A DNA stretch of 64,000 bases. It comes from Eledone cirrhosa. Its lineage: Eukaryota. Shown here one piece after another: positions 1-16,336 of this stretch. A program made the translations under genes and the position numbers. The stretch is taken from NCBI GenBank assembly GCA_964016885.1, contig OZ024741.1:16182001-16246000 (forward strand), read 5' to 3'. Positions within the stretch are counted from its first letter, which is position 1; each line of letters begins with the position of its first letter. The notes under the pieces were generated by a model. That model did no database searches, was not told where the DNA came from, and was given only the letters and a program-made list of their open reading frames with translations.

Positions 1-3000
1 CTCCAACACCTTCCAACACCTCCCAACACCTTCCAACACCTTCCAACACCTCCAACACCTTCCAACACCTCCCAACACCTTCCAACACCTCCCAACACCT
101 TCCAACACCTTCCAACACCTTCCAACACCTTCCAACACCTTCCAACACCTTCCAACACCTTCCAACACCTCCCAACACCTTCCAACACCTCCCAACACCT
201 TCCAACACCTTCCAACACCTCCAACACCTTCCAACACCTCCCAACACCTTCCAACACCTTCCAACACCTTCCAACACCTTCCAACACCTCCCAACACCTT
301 CCAACACCTCCCAACACCTTCCAACACCTTCCAACACCTTCCAACACCTTCCAACACCTCCCAACACCTTCCAACACCTTCCAACACCACCCAACACCTT
401 CCAACACCTCCCAACACCTTCCAACACCTCCCAACACCTCCCAACACCTTCCAACACCACCCAACACCTTCCAACACCTCCCAACACCTTCCAACACCTC
501 CCAACACCTCCAACACCTCCCAACACCTCCCAACACCTCCAACACCTCCCAACACCTCCCAACACCTTCCAACACCTCCCAACACCTTCCAACACCTTCC
601 AACACCTTCCAACACCTTCCAACACCTTCCAACACCTCCCAACACCTTCCAACACCTCCCAACACCTTCCAACACCTTCCAACACCTTCCAACACCTTCC
701 AACACCTTCCAACACCTCCCAACACCTTCCAACACCTTCCAACACCTTCCAACCCCTCCCAACACCTTCCAACACCTCCCAACACCTTCCAACACCTTCC
801 AACACCTCCCAACACCTTCCAACACCTTCCAACACCTCCCAACACCTTCCAACACCTTCCAACACCTTCCAACCCCTCCCAACACCTTCCAACACCTCCC
901 AACACCTTCCAACACCTTCCAACACCTTCCAACACCTCCCAACACCTCCCAACACCTTCCAACACCTCCCAACACCTTCCAACACCTTCCAACACCTCCC
1001 AACACCTTCCAACACCTCCCAACACCTCCCAACACCTTCCAACACCTTCCAACACCTCCCAACACCTTCCAACACCTTCCAACACCTCCCAACACCTTCC
1101 AACACCTCCCAACACCTCCCAACACCTTCCAACACCTTCCAACACCTCCCAACACCTCCCAACACCTCCCAACACCTTCCAACACCTCCCAACACCTTCC
1201 AACACCTTCCAACACCTCCCAACACCTTCCAACACCTTCCAACACCTCCCAACACCTTCCAACACCTTCCAACACCTCCCAACACCTTCCAACACCTTCC
1301 AACACCTCCCAACACCTTCCAACACCTCCCAACACCTCCCAACACCTCCCAACACCTTCCAACACCTTCCAACACCTCCAACACCTCCCAACACCTTCCA
1401 ACACCTCCCAACACCTTCCAACACCTTCCAACACCTCCCAACACCTTCCAACACCTCCCAACACCTCCCAACACCTTCCAACACCTTCCAACACCTCCCA
1501 ACACCTTCCAACACCTTCCAACACCTCCCAACACCTTCCAACACCTCCCAACACCTTCCAACACCTCCCAACACCTCCCAACACCTCCCAACACCTTCCA
1601 ACACCTTCCAACACCTCCAACACCTTCCAACACCTTCCAACACCTTCCAACACCTTCCAACACCTCCCAACACCTTCCAACACCTTCCAACACATTCCAA
1701 CACCTCCCAACACCTCCCAACACCTTCCAACACCTTCCAACACATTCCAACACCTCCCAACACCTTCCAACACCTTCCAACACCTTCCAACACCTCCCAA
1801 CACCTCCAACACCTCCCAACACCTCCAACACCTTCCAACACCTTCCAACACCTTCCAACACCTTCCAACACCTCCCAACACCTTCCAACACCTCCCAACA
1901 CCTCCCAACACCTTCCAACACCTTCCAACACCTTCCAACACCTCCCAACACCTCCCAACACATTCCAACACCTTCCAACACCTCCCAACACCTCCCAACA
2001 CCTTCCAACACCTCCAACACCTTCCAACACCTCCCAACACCTCCCAACACATTCCAACACCTTCCAACACCTCCCAACACCTCCCAACACCTTCCAACAC
2101 ATTCCAACACCTCCCAACACCTCCCAACACCTCCCAACACCTTCCAACACCTCCCAACACCTTCCAACACCTCCCAACACCTCCCAACACATTCCAACAC
2201 CTTCCAACACCTCCCAACACCTCCCAACACCTTCCAACACATTCCAACACCTCCCAACACCTCCCAACACCTTCCAACACCTTCCAACACCTTCCAACAC
2301 CTCCCAACACCTTCCAACACCTTCCAACACATTCCAACACCTCCCAACACCTCCCAACACCTTCCAACACATTCCAACACCTCCCAACACCTCCCAACAC
2401 CTTCCAACACCTCCCAACACCTCCCAACACATTCCAACACCTTCCAACACCTTCCAACACCTTCCAACACCTTCCAACACCTTCCAACACCTTCCAACAC
2501 CTCCCAACACCTCCCAACACCTCCCAACACCTTCCAGCACCTCCCAACACCTCCCAACACCTCCCAACACCTCCCAACACCTTCCAACACCTCCCAACAC
2601 CTCCCAACACATTCCAACACCTTCCAACACCTCCCAACACCTCCCAACACCTTCCAACACATTCCAACACCTCCCAACACCTCCCAACACATTCCAACAC
2701 CTTCCAACACCTCCCAACACCTCCCAACACCTTCCAACACATTCCAACACCTCCCAACACCTCCCAACACCTTCCAACACCTCCCAACACCTCCCAACAC
2801 ATTCCAACACCTTCCAACACCTCCCAACACCTCCCAACACCTTCCAACACCTCCCAACACATTCCAACACCTTCCAACACCTCCCAACACCTTCCAACAC
2901 ATTCCAACACCTCCCAACACCTCCCAACACCTTCCAACACCTCCCAACACCTTCCAACACCTCCCAACACCTTCCAACACCTCCCAACACCTTCCAAAAC

Positions 3001-6000
3001 ATTCCAACACCTCCCAACACCTCCCAACACCTCCCAACACCTCCCAACACCTTCCAACACATTCCAACACCTCCCAACACCTCCCAACACCTCCCAACAC
3101 CTCCCAACACCTCCCAACACCTCCCAACACCTTCCAACACCTCCCAACACCTCCCAACACCTCCCAACACCTCCCAACACCTTCCAACACATTCCAACAC
3201 CTCCCAACACCTCCCAACACCTCCCAACACCTCCCAACACCTTCCAACACCTCCCAACACATTCCAACACCTCCCAACACCTCCCAACACCTCCCAACAC
3301 CTCCCAACACCTCCCAACACATTCCAACACCTTCCAACACCTCCCAACACCTCCCAACATCTTCCAACACCTTCCAACACCTCCCAACACCTTCCAACAC
3401 CTCCCAACACCTTCCAACACATTCCAACACCTCCCAACACCTCCCAACACCTTCCAACACCTCCCAACACCTTCCAACACCTCCCAACACCTTCCAACAC
3501 CTCCCAACACCTTCCAACACATTCCAACACCTCCCAACACCTCCCAACACCTCCCAACACCTCCCAACACCTTCCAACACATTCCAACACCTCCCAACAC
3601 CTCCCAACACCTCCCAACACCTCCCAACACCTCCCAACACCTTCCAACACATTCCAACACGTCCCAACACCTCCCAACACCTCCCAACACCTTCCAACAC
3701 CTTCCAACACCTCCCAACACCTCCCAACACCTTCCAACACCTCCCAACACCTTCCAACACCTCCCAACACCTTCCAACACATTCCAACACCTCCCAACAC
3801 CTCCCAACACCTTCCAACACCTCCCAACACCTTCCAACACCTCCCAACACCTTCCAACACCTCCCAACACCTTCCAACACCTTCCAACACCTCCAACACC
3901 TCCCAACACCTTCCAACACCTCCCAACACCTTCCAACACCTTCCAACACCTCCCAACACCTCCCAACACCTCCCAACACCTCCCAACACCTTCCAACACC
4001 TTCCAACACCTCCCAACACCTCCCAACACCTCCCAACACCTTCCAACACCTCCCAACACCTTCCAACACCTCCCAACACCTCCTAACACCTTCCAACACC
4101 TCCCAACTCCTCCCAACACCTCCCAACACCTCCCAACACCTTCCAACACCTCCCAACACCTCCCAACACCTCCCAACACCTCCCAACACCTTCCAACACC
4201 TCCCAACACCTCCCAACACCTCCCAACACCTCCCAACACCTCCCAACACCTCCCAACACCTTCCAACACCTCCTACACCTTCCAACACCTTCCTCCACCT
4301 CCTACAACCTCCCAACACCTCCCAACACCTCCCAACACCTCCTACACATTCCTACACCTCCCAACCCCTTCCTACACCTCCCAACACCTCCCAACACCTC
4401 CCAACACCTTCCAACACCTTCCAACACCCCCAACACCCCAAACACCTCCCAATACCTCGCAACACCTTCCAATACCTTCCAAGACCTCCTACACCTTCCT
4501 ACACATCCCAACATCTCCCAAGGCCTCCCCACACCTTCCCAACACCTCCCAACACCCCCAACACCCCAAACACCTCCCAATACCTCGCAACACCTCACAC
4601 CACCTCCAATATCCCCAACACCCCCAACAGCCCCAACACCTCACAACACCTCACAACACCTCAAACAGCCCCAACACCTCCCAACACCTCACAACACCTC
4701 AAACACCTCCTAAACTCCCAACACCTCACAACACCTCACAACACCCCCAACACCTCACAACACCCCCAACACCTCACAACACCCCCAACACCTCACAACA
4801 CCTCACAACACCCCCAACACCCCCAACACCCCCAACACCTCACAACACCTCAAACACCCCCAACACCTCACAACACCCCCAACACCTCACAACACCCCAC
4901 GACACCTCACAACACATCACAACACCCCCAACATCCCCAATACCCCCAACATCTCACAACACCTCACAACACCCCCAACACCTCACAACACCCCCAACAC
5001 CTCACAACACCTCACAACACCCACAACACCCCCAACACCCCCAACACCTCACAACACCTCACAAGACCCCCAACACCTCACAACACCCCCAACACCTCAC
5101 AACACCCACAACACCCCCAACACCTCACAACACCTCACAACACCCCCAACACCTCACAACACCTCACAACACCCACAACACCCCCAACACCCCCAACACC
5201 TCACAACACCTCACAACACCCCCAACACCTCACAACACCCCCAACACCTCACAACACCCCCAACACCCCCAACACCTCACAACACCTCACAACACCCCCA
5301 ACACCTCACAACACCCCCAACACCTCACAACACCCCAACACCCCCAACATTCACAACACCTCACAACACCCCCAACACCTCACAATACCCCCAACACCCC
5401 CAACACCTCACAACACCTCACAACACCCCCAGCACCCCCAACACCCCCAACACCTCACAACACCTCACAACACCTCACAACACCTCACAACACCCCCAAC
5501 ACCTCACAACACCCCCAACACCCCCAACACCTCACAAGACCTCACAACACCCCCAACACCTCACTACACCCCCAACACCCCCAACACCTCACAACACCTC
5601 ACAACACCCCCAACACCCCCAACACCCCCAACACCCCCAACACCTCACAACACCTCACAACACCCCCAACACCTCACAACACCCCCAACACCCCCAACAC
5701 CTCACAACACCTCACAACACCCCCAGCACCCCCAACACCCCCAACACCCCCAACACCTCACAACACCCCCAACACCTCACAACACCTCACAACACCTCAA
5801 ACACCCCCAACACCTCACAACACCTCACAACACCCCCAACACCTCTAACACCCCCAACACCCCCAACACCCCAACACCTCACAACACCTCACAACACCCA
5901 CAACACCCCCAACACCCCCAACACCTCACAACACCTCACAACACCTCACAACACCCCCAACACCCCCAACACCTCACAACACCCCCAACACCCCCAACAC

Positions 6001-6776
6001 CTCACAACACCTCACAACACCCACAACACCCCCAACACCCCCAACACCTCACAACACCTCACAAGACCCCCAACACCTCACAACACCTCACAACACCTCA
6101 CAACACCTCACAACACCTCACAACACCTCACAACACCCCCAACACCTCACAACACCCCCAACACCTCACAACACCTCACAACACCTCACAACACCCCCAA
6201 CACCTCACAACACCCCCAACACCCCCAACACCTCACAAGACCTCACAACACCCCCAACACCTCACTACACCCCCAACACCCCCAACACCTCACAACACCT
6301 CACAACACCCCCAACACCTCTAACACCCCCAACACCCCCAACACCCCCAACACCTCACAACACCTCACAACACCCACAACACCCCCAACACCCCCAACAC
6401 CTCACAACACCTCACAACACCTCACAACACCCACAACACCCCCAACACCCCCAACACCCCCAACACCCCCAACACCTCACAACACCTCACAACACCCACA
6501 ACACCCCCAACACCCCCAACACCTCACAACACCTCACAACACCTCACAACACCCCCAACACCCCCAACACCCCCAACACCCCCAACACCTCACAACACCT
6601 CACAACACCCACAACACCTCACAACACCTCACAACACCCCCAACACCTCACAACACCTCACAACACCTCACAACACCTCACAACACCCCCAACACCTCAC
6701 AACACCTCACAACACCCCCAACACCTCACAACACCTCACAACACCTCACAACACCTCACAACACCTCACAACACCT
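1..6776 (+). repeat. 10-bp C-rich satellite (CCAACACCT[T/C], grading into CACAACACCT/CCCAACACCC)
   Basis: Continuous tandem decamers seen directly; variant composition changes along the array. Confidence 0.97.
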
Positions 6777-6843
6777 TTATATACCTGTATATTTCTTTCT
6801 TCCATCGATTGTAGTAGCTTTATTATTTTTTATCTTTCCTTGT

Positions 6844-7885
6844 TATCATCACCATCATGCTCAACATCACCACCATCACCATCATCATCAACACCATCAC
6901 CACCAACATCATCACCATCACCATCATCATCAACATCATCACCATCACCATCACCATCATCACCACCAACATCATCCTCAACATCACCACCATCACCATC
7001 ATCATCACCAACATCATCAACACCATCACCACCAACATCATCACCATCACCATCATCATCAACATCATCACCATCACCATCATCATCAACACCATCACCA
7101 CCAACATCATCACCATCACCATCATCATCAACATCATCACCATCACCATCATCATCAACACCATCACCACCAACATCATCACCACCAACATCATGCTCAA
7201 CATCACCACCATCACCATCATCATCACCAACATCATGCTCAACATCACCACCATCACCATCATCATCACCAACATCATCAACATCACCATCACCAACATC
7301 ACCACCAACATCATCCTCAACATCACCACCATCACCATCATCACCACCAACATCATCCTCAACATCATCACCATCACTATCATCATCACCAACATCATCA
7401 CCAACATCATCCTCAACATCATCCTCAACATCATCATCATCACCAACATCATCCTCAACATCATCCTCAACATCATCATCATCAACAACATCATCACCAA
7501 CATCATCATCATTATCATCAGCATCATCGCCAACATCATCATCATCGCCAACATCAACATCAACATCATGATCAACATCATCATCATCGTAATTATCATC
7601 TTTATATAATAATCATTGTCATAATCATCATCAAAGTCACCATCACCATCACCATCACCATCATCATCACCATCATCATCATCACCATCACCATCATCAT
7701 CACCATCATCACCATCACCATCACCATCACCATCACCATCATCACTACCATCATCATCACCATCATCATCATCACCATCCTCAACATCATCATCATCATC
7801 ACCATCATCATCCTCAACATCATCACCATCATCATCATCATCATCACCATCATCATCCTCACCATCACCATCATCATCATCATTA
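6844..7885 (+). repeat. Compound (CAT/CAC/CAA)n trinucleotide array
   Basis: Directly visible; gives only low-complexity ORFs. Confidence 0.95.
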
Positions 7886-8150
7886 TCTAGTAGCAAGAGC
7901 CCCACTACATCGCTTGTTGATGCTCGGACATCCGCCAGACACACACACACACACACATACACACCTCTCACCTTACCTTCATGTGTTAGTTATATCCCTG
8001 ACATCTGTGGCGCCCTCTATAATACTGCTTTAATTATTTCTTACATTGCAGTCTTCTCTCTTGTTCAACATTTCAACTAAGTGTCAATACATTCCATCAC
8101 ATTTGTCATACATAAATAGATACTATTGTAGGGGGGAAATAAACACTTAA

Positions 8151-9000
<850 letters not shown>

Positions 9001-9724
9001 AGGATCACAATCTTTACACTATCATGGTGTGGTTCGTTTTAAGAGCAAATGAGGCAAGGGTGGAGTGTAAAACACCAGAACCCGAGTGTTAAAATCCGGA
9101 AATGCAGAGGACTATAGTTCCTATTTCGGCATACAGCACATATGCGTGTATGTCAACTCACATCGCTCCAAGCACGCACGCACAGGCACAGGCCCAGGTG
9201 CATCTCCTATGCACACACACACCCACACACACACATTATAAACCCCTCCCACACACACACACACACACATTATAAACCCACACACACCCACATACACACA
9301 CATACACACGCATACACACCCACATGCACACACACACACACACACACATACACACATGTAAGTATCTGTGCATGTACAATCTTAAATAACAGTATCTATG
9401 TATGGACATATGCATAAGTATGTGTTGTCACAGGAGTCGATCGAGGCAGGGTAGGGGTGGTGATTGTGCAGGGGGTGGTTTACCGTGGGGTCGGTGTGGT
9501 GGGGCTGCTGTCCTTATAGCTAGAGGGAAGTTCCCATCCCAATGTGTTGTTACTGTCCATATAGCTTGAGGAAGGTCCCGGCCCTGAGGTGTCTACATTA
9601 AGACACCTCAGGACCGGGACCTTAATTATTTTATTTTACATTACTACGGAATAACCAAACCAACCTGCGTACTTCGTCGAGTGCTCCAATCTGCATATAG
9701 AGGTGTTGGTAAACAACCAACATA

Positions 9725-9812
<88 letters not shown>

Positions 9813-10007
9813 AGTATATGTTGGTTGTTTACCAACACCTCAGTATGCAGGATACTATTTATGGTTATGTATATACTAAAACCTTTTATAGTTATATATA
9901 TATTATACCCTAAATAGTGAAAGACAGTAATTTATTACTATCTTATTACCAGTAAGATAAATAGCTCAATGTAACAACATCAGTTGTTTTACAGAGCAGT
10001 TATATAG

Positions 10008-11119
10008 AGATTACATGAATCAAAGTTCTGTTTAAATCATTTATTTGCTTACAATTGTTTCTTCCAAACCGAGGTTTGGAGTCTTCGGAGCAATTATTCA
10101 GTGATTTTTAACATACTTGACCTCCTTTTCAACACAAGAGACATATAGAAACATATGTATATATTGACCCACAGTGGGTTGACATCCATTATAATAATAT
10201 AGCATGGTAATTTACATACAAAGATTACAGTCATATTAAAGGACAAAATTAAAGTTAAAATTAAAATTAAAATTAAAATAAAACATTGGCAGTTTACTAA
10301 GATAAAGCAAGAGGAAAGTTTGGAGTAGCCAGTGTATGCAACAGTCACACGTGTGGCATGCACTCGTGTCCTATTTATACAAGATTATAGTGCGGCAGAT
10401 TGTTACATGTAAAACAAGCAGTCAAAGAAGGCAATTAAGAGCATCATGGGAGCTGTACTGGTAAAGCATTATTCACACACACCTGTACGATATTGAAGCC
10501 CGTGTGTAGAGAAACACCAAAAATATCAAAAATATTACAAATGAGAAGCAAAACAGCACCACTGTCCTCGTACACACCACCACTCTCACAATCCAGGAAA
10601 CGTTTCCTGGATTGTGAGAGTGGTGTGTGAATAATGCTTTACCAGTACAGCCCCCATGATGCTCTTAATTGCCTGCTTTGACTGCTTGTTTTCCATCTAA
10701 CAATCTGCCGCACTATAATCTTGTATAAATAGGACACGAGTGCATGCCACACGTGTGACTGCTGCATACACTGGCTACTCCAAACTTTCCTCTTGCTTTA
10801 TCTTAGTAAACTGCCAATGTTTTATTTTAATTTTAATTTTAATTTTAATTTTAATTTTAATTTTAATTTTAACTTTAATTTTGTCCTTTAATATGACTGT
10901 AATCTTTGTATGTAAATTACCATGCTATATTATTATAATGGATGTCAACCCACTGTGGGTCAATATATACATATGTTTCTATATGTCTCTTGTATTGAAA
11001 AGGAGGTCAAGTATGTTAAAAATCACTGAATAATTGCTCCGAAGACTCCAAACCTCGGTTTGGAAGAAACAATTGTAAGCAAATAAATGATTTAAACAGA
11101 ACTTTGATTCATGTAATCT
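10008..11119. mobile_element. 1.1-kb fold-back element centred on GGAAACGTTTCC (about 10601), hammerhead motif in each arm
   Basis: Arms are near-exact reverse complements (same ORF at 10094- and 10740+); (TA)n on the right. Confidence 0.85.
11034..11082 (+). ncRNA. Hammerhead motif with CCGAAGA core (mirror copy 10045-10093 on minus)
   Basis: TTGCT-CCGAAGA-cTCCAAACC tc GGTTTGGAa-GAAA-CAATTG-TA-AGCAA. Confidence 0.7.
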
Positions 11120-11303
11120 ATATATATATATATATATACACGTATTTTTCCTTCTCTGTAACACAACGACTTATTTTTTTAAAATAAAAATATCCAATAC
11201 TAATATAAGTAAACAACTCCACTATCCCGGAGGCTCCCAACAGTAATGGTTGCACTTTGTAAGGGTATGTCAATATTTATTTATAAAACCGATATATATT
11301 GTA

Positions 11304-11364
11304 TTTTGTCTGATGAAAGCACACCATAATTTAACATGGTGTCCTTGAAATATGTATAATAAAA
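11304..11364 (+). ncRNA. Hammerhead motif (family related to 13532, 32199, 36221)
   Basis: TTTTGT-CTGATGA-stem II-GAAA-TATGTA-TA-ATAAAA. Confidence 0.75.
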
Positions 11365-11491
11365 TAGATATGGTTTTATAAATATAGTTTCCATTTGTTA
11401 ATATCGTATGTTTACTCCAAATACTTGTTGAGTGCTTTATAAGTTATAAAAATATTTGCTTGTTGTATCCCAACAATTTAATTAGAACTTT

Positions 11492-12422
<931 letters not shown>

Positions 12423-12514
12423 ATATACATAAACATATATGTGTGTATATATATGTGTGAGAAAACAACACCATACTTCTGGACTGGTATATGGCTCCGT
12501 TAATTTATCGTGAT

Positions 12515-12880
12515 ATATATATATAAGTATGTATACGTACATACATATATGTATACAGACGTACAGTAGTATGTGTATACATACATGCACACATATATAT
12601 ATATGCACGTATGGGATTACCGAACATTTATTATAATGTTCGGTTTGTTTGTAAACAAACATCCCGTATTAAGCAGTGTTCGGCAACCATCGTTGCCCTT
12701 TTGTTCAACAATGACAATAATAAATGTTCGTTAAACCCATACGTACATATATATATATATGTACATGTATGTATGTACATACTACTGTACGTCTGTATAC
12801 ATATATGTATGTACGTATACATACTTATATTTAAGTATCAGCCGTACTAAGAGTGAGAAATGAAATTTCATTTTTTCCAT
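12515..12880. mobile_element. Fold-back element; second copy at 50232-50776
   Basis: Inverted arms; shared tail CAGCCGTACTAAGAGTG in both copies. Confidence 0.7.
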
Positions 12881-12881
12881 T

Positions 12882-12917
<36 letters not shown>

Positions 12918-13157
12918 GGAAAAAGTATGACCCCGACGGCAGAGCTCAAGCCGTTTCGACGGCTATTTCTGGAAATAACCGTCGAAACGGCTTGAGCTCT
13001 GCCGTCGGGGTCATACTTTTTCCAGAAAAAGCCGCCGAAACGGCTTGAGCTCTGCCGTCGGGGTCATACTTGTTTCCTATTTCCCACTCTACTACCCTAA
13101 GTATTGAGTACTCTGGTGCGTTATGGTCCATCTGGTTCCTTACCACATTTCATTTGT

Positions 13158-13160
<3 letters not shown>
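12918..13160 (+). mobile_element. Fold-back mini-element of the GAAACGGC family (three arms)
   Basis: GCCG(T/C)C-GAAA-CGGC ttgagctct GCCG-TC-GGGG repeated in inverted and direct orientation. Confidence 0.8.
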
Positions 13161-13206
<46 letters not shown>

Positions 13207-13209
<3 letters not shown>

Positions 13210-13630
13210 GGAGGTGAGTTTTATTGTAGTACAATAAAGCAATGCAGATATCGGATAAGAAGCACTCTACAGATTGTAGGACTGGAGTATACATAATATA
13301 TAAGATCAAAAGATGGTTAAAAGAGTTCCAAGTATTTTATTATGCGCATTTCAAAAACAAATATCATCATGCAATAACATTTGTGTTTTCATCAGATAAA
13401 ATAGGAAGACATGATATGAAGGTTAAAAAACACTTGTGAATAGTGCAGTTTTAAATCAACATATCAACATATGTTGATTTACAACTGCACTATTCGCAAG
13501 TGTTTTTTAACCTTCATATCATGTCTTCCTATTTTATCTGATGAAAACACAAATGATATTGCATGATGATATTTGTTTTTGAAATGGGCATAATAAAATA
13601 CATGGAACTCTTTTAACCATCTTTTGATCT

Positions 13631-13632
<2 letters not shown>
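13207..13632 (-). mobile_element. Fold-back mini-element; hammerheads at 13335-13401 (-) and 13532-13598 (+)
   Basis: TTTTAT-CTGATGA-stem II-GAAA-TG(C/G)GCA-TA-ATAAAA; centre CATATG about 13470; flanked by (TA)n. Confidence 0.85.
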
Positions 13633-13728
<96 letters not shown>

Positions 13729-13749
13729 TATATATATATATATATATAT

Positions 13750-13960
13750 AACGAAGGAAATGTGGTAAGGAACCAGGTGGACCATAACGCACCAAAGTAC
13801 TCAATACTTAGGGTAGTAGAGTGGGTAATAGGAACAAGTAAGACCCCGACGGCTGAGCTCAAGCCGTTTCGACGGCTAATTCAGTGAATTAGCCGTCGAC
13901 GGCTAATACTGAATTAGCCGTCGAAACGGCTTGAGCTCAGCCGTCGGGGTCTTACTTGTT

Positions 13961-13963
<3 letters not shown>
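13750..13963 (-). mobile_element. GAAACGGC-family fold-back copy
   Basis: Matches 12918-13160; duplicated central hairpin. Confidence 0.8.
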
Positions 13964-14053
<90 letters not shown>

Positions 14054-14057
<4 letters not shown>

Positions 14058-15780
14058 TTGCGAGGTTTTTGATATGAAATCGTGTGTCGAAACAAATATT
14101 GTTATACTTGGGGAGGGTCATATTTGTGTAATATTGCCAGAATTAATAACAGAACACACTCACTGTTTGGTTGGTTTTCGCTTTTCGCTTCTGTGTCTTT
14201 TATATCGGTTAATTTAATTTAATTTATTCGGTCCTCAATGTTGCCATTGACTGACCAACGGTCAAAAATACAGATACAATATAGACACAAACACATATAT
14301 ATAGTTTATCAAAGTTCTTTCGTTGCACATCTGCAACATCGTCAATGGTGCTATTGTTTCCTCCCGTTGCATTGTATTTTCTACGCCATCTTTATTTAGT
14401 CTGTTTATATATTTATTTATTTGTTTTGTTTTTTTGTCTTCTTTGCGCATGCGTTTGCGTGTGTGTATAGTGTTTTGTTTGATGTGTGTTCGTGATTGGG
14501 TGACTGTGTATTGGTTAATGTATTCTATCTTTACTAGTGTGTGTTTATATGTGTTTGTTGTTATTGTGCTTGTGTATGTATTTATTTATTTATCTATTTA
14601 TTTATTTATTTATACTTCTCTTAGGTCAGTGTTGTTTGTTTGGGTGTTGTTGTTATTCCATTCATTTTTTCTGTTTAGCTTTGGCCTTCTAAGTTCTATT
14701 TCACTGGTCTCTCTGATTTGCCTATCTGCTGGGTCATTTCTATGTTTAGATATTATTCTAATTTCTATGTTGTCTATGTTACCGTCGTGTTGTTGTCTGG
14801 CATGTTCGTATAGTACTGAACCGTTTTTTCGTCCTTTTAGTTCCCCCCAGTGTTGGTCTATCCTTTCACCTATGCTACGAGCTGTCTCGCCTATGTATGT
14901 TGTTGTCATGTTTCTGCAAGTACCCTCTGTACATCTTATGCTATAGACTACGTTTCTAGTTTTACAGTTTATCGGGAGGTTTACCTTACATATGATACAT
15001 TTCCTATTAGTACAGTGGGTTTTCTTAAAAGGGTAGGTTTTGCTGATCAGGGATTTTATGGTGGTTCCTGACTTTTCTACCACCTTAATCTATAAGTGGG
15101 TCTTTCTCAGGGCCTTTCTACACTGGTTAGCTAATTTCCCTCCAGGGGTAGCGTCCACAAACATGACACTCTGGTATCTCTGGTTGTCGTACCATGAGGT
15201 GGCTTTCCCATCTTATGTCTAGCCCTATCTAAGCTATTCCATGATTTTCTCCTGTATAATGGGCAAATTCCTTTCATGTCCAGTTCTATGAGGGTCTTAT
15301 ACTTCTCCGTGGATCCTTCGTATACTCTGATTCTGTCTCTTTGGTTGTAGCCAGAGAACTACATGCGGTTGATGAAGTGTTGGATGTGTCTTTCCATTTC
15401 TGTTGGGTCGCACATGCGGGACACGTTCTTCATCACTCGGACCAAGTCTGCGATCAGAATATTAAACTTAGCACTACTGGACATTGCTGAGTTTTTGAGT
15501 ATCAGGTATTTGGAGGCCATGGGTTTAGCATAGTGTGAGTGGAGAATTTGGGCTCTCTCGTCTATAGTGTTAATCCAGAGTTCCGTATCTATTCCAGTCT
15601 ATTGTTAGGGTGTTTGGAAGGGTAGTCGATAGTTACAGTTGTTATACACCATTGAGGACCGAATAAATTAAATTACCGATATAAAAGACACAGAAGCGAA
15701 AAGCGAAAACCAACCAAACAGTGAGTGTGTTCTGTTATTAATTCTGGCAATATTACACAAATATGACCCTCCCCAAGTAT

Positions 15781-15786
<6 letters not shown>
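14054..15786 (-). mobile_element. 5'-truncated Penelope-like element with inverted pLTR (about 14095-14240 vs 15650-15786), in (TA)n
   Basis: ORF 14610-15083 has CxxxxCxxC, VVYSIRC and YIGETARSIGERIDQH (GIY-YIG); inverted terminal segment. Confidence 0.9.
14610..15083 (-). pseudogene. PLE GIY-YIG endonuclease domain fragment
   Basis: VVY...YIGET..R..H and LN motifs; upstream frame disrupted. Confidence 0.88.
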
Positions 15787-15818
<32 letters not shown>

Positions 15819-15824
15819 ATGTAT

Positions 15825-15900
<76 letters not shown>

Positions 15901-16028
15901 CGTAAAATAAGAAAATATTTTTAAAAAAATTTTTAAAAAATTTTTTTACTTACTTACTTAAATTTTCACTCCAACTAATTAGTTTCTGCAATGGGATAAA
16001 GACAGTTACATAATCCAACTGTCGAGAA

Positions 16029-16107
<79 letters not shown>

Positions 16108-16174
16108 GTATGTATATATATATGTGTGTGTGTGTGTGTGCTTTACAACGTACTTAACAATCCTTTTGCTTCTA

Positions 16175-16336
16175 GCCACATGTCACATTCTGTATCACGC
16201 TGAATCTCCCTGAGAACTACGTTAAGGGTATGTGTGTCTATGGAATGCTCAACCACTTGTACGTGAATCTCACAAGCAGGCTGTTCCGTTGATCGGCTCA
16301 ATTAGAACACTCGTCGTCGCAATCGACGGAGTGCTG
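16175..16336 (+). mobile_element. 3' part of a second cephalopod SINE-like family
   Basis: GCAGGCTGTTCCGTTGATCGG...GACGGAGTGC resembles a common octopus repeat end (recall). Confidence 0.45.

Noticed and set aside
4083-7971. Long ORFs in the satellite and trinucleotide arrays
   Set aside because: Translations of simple repeats; no domain or splice support
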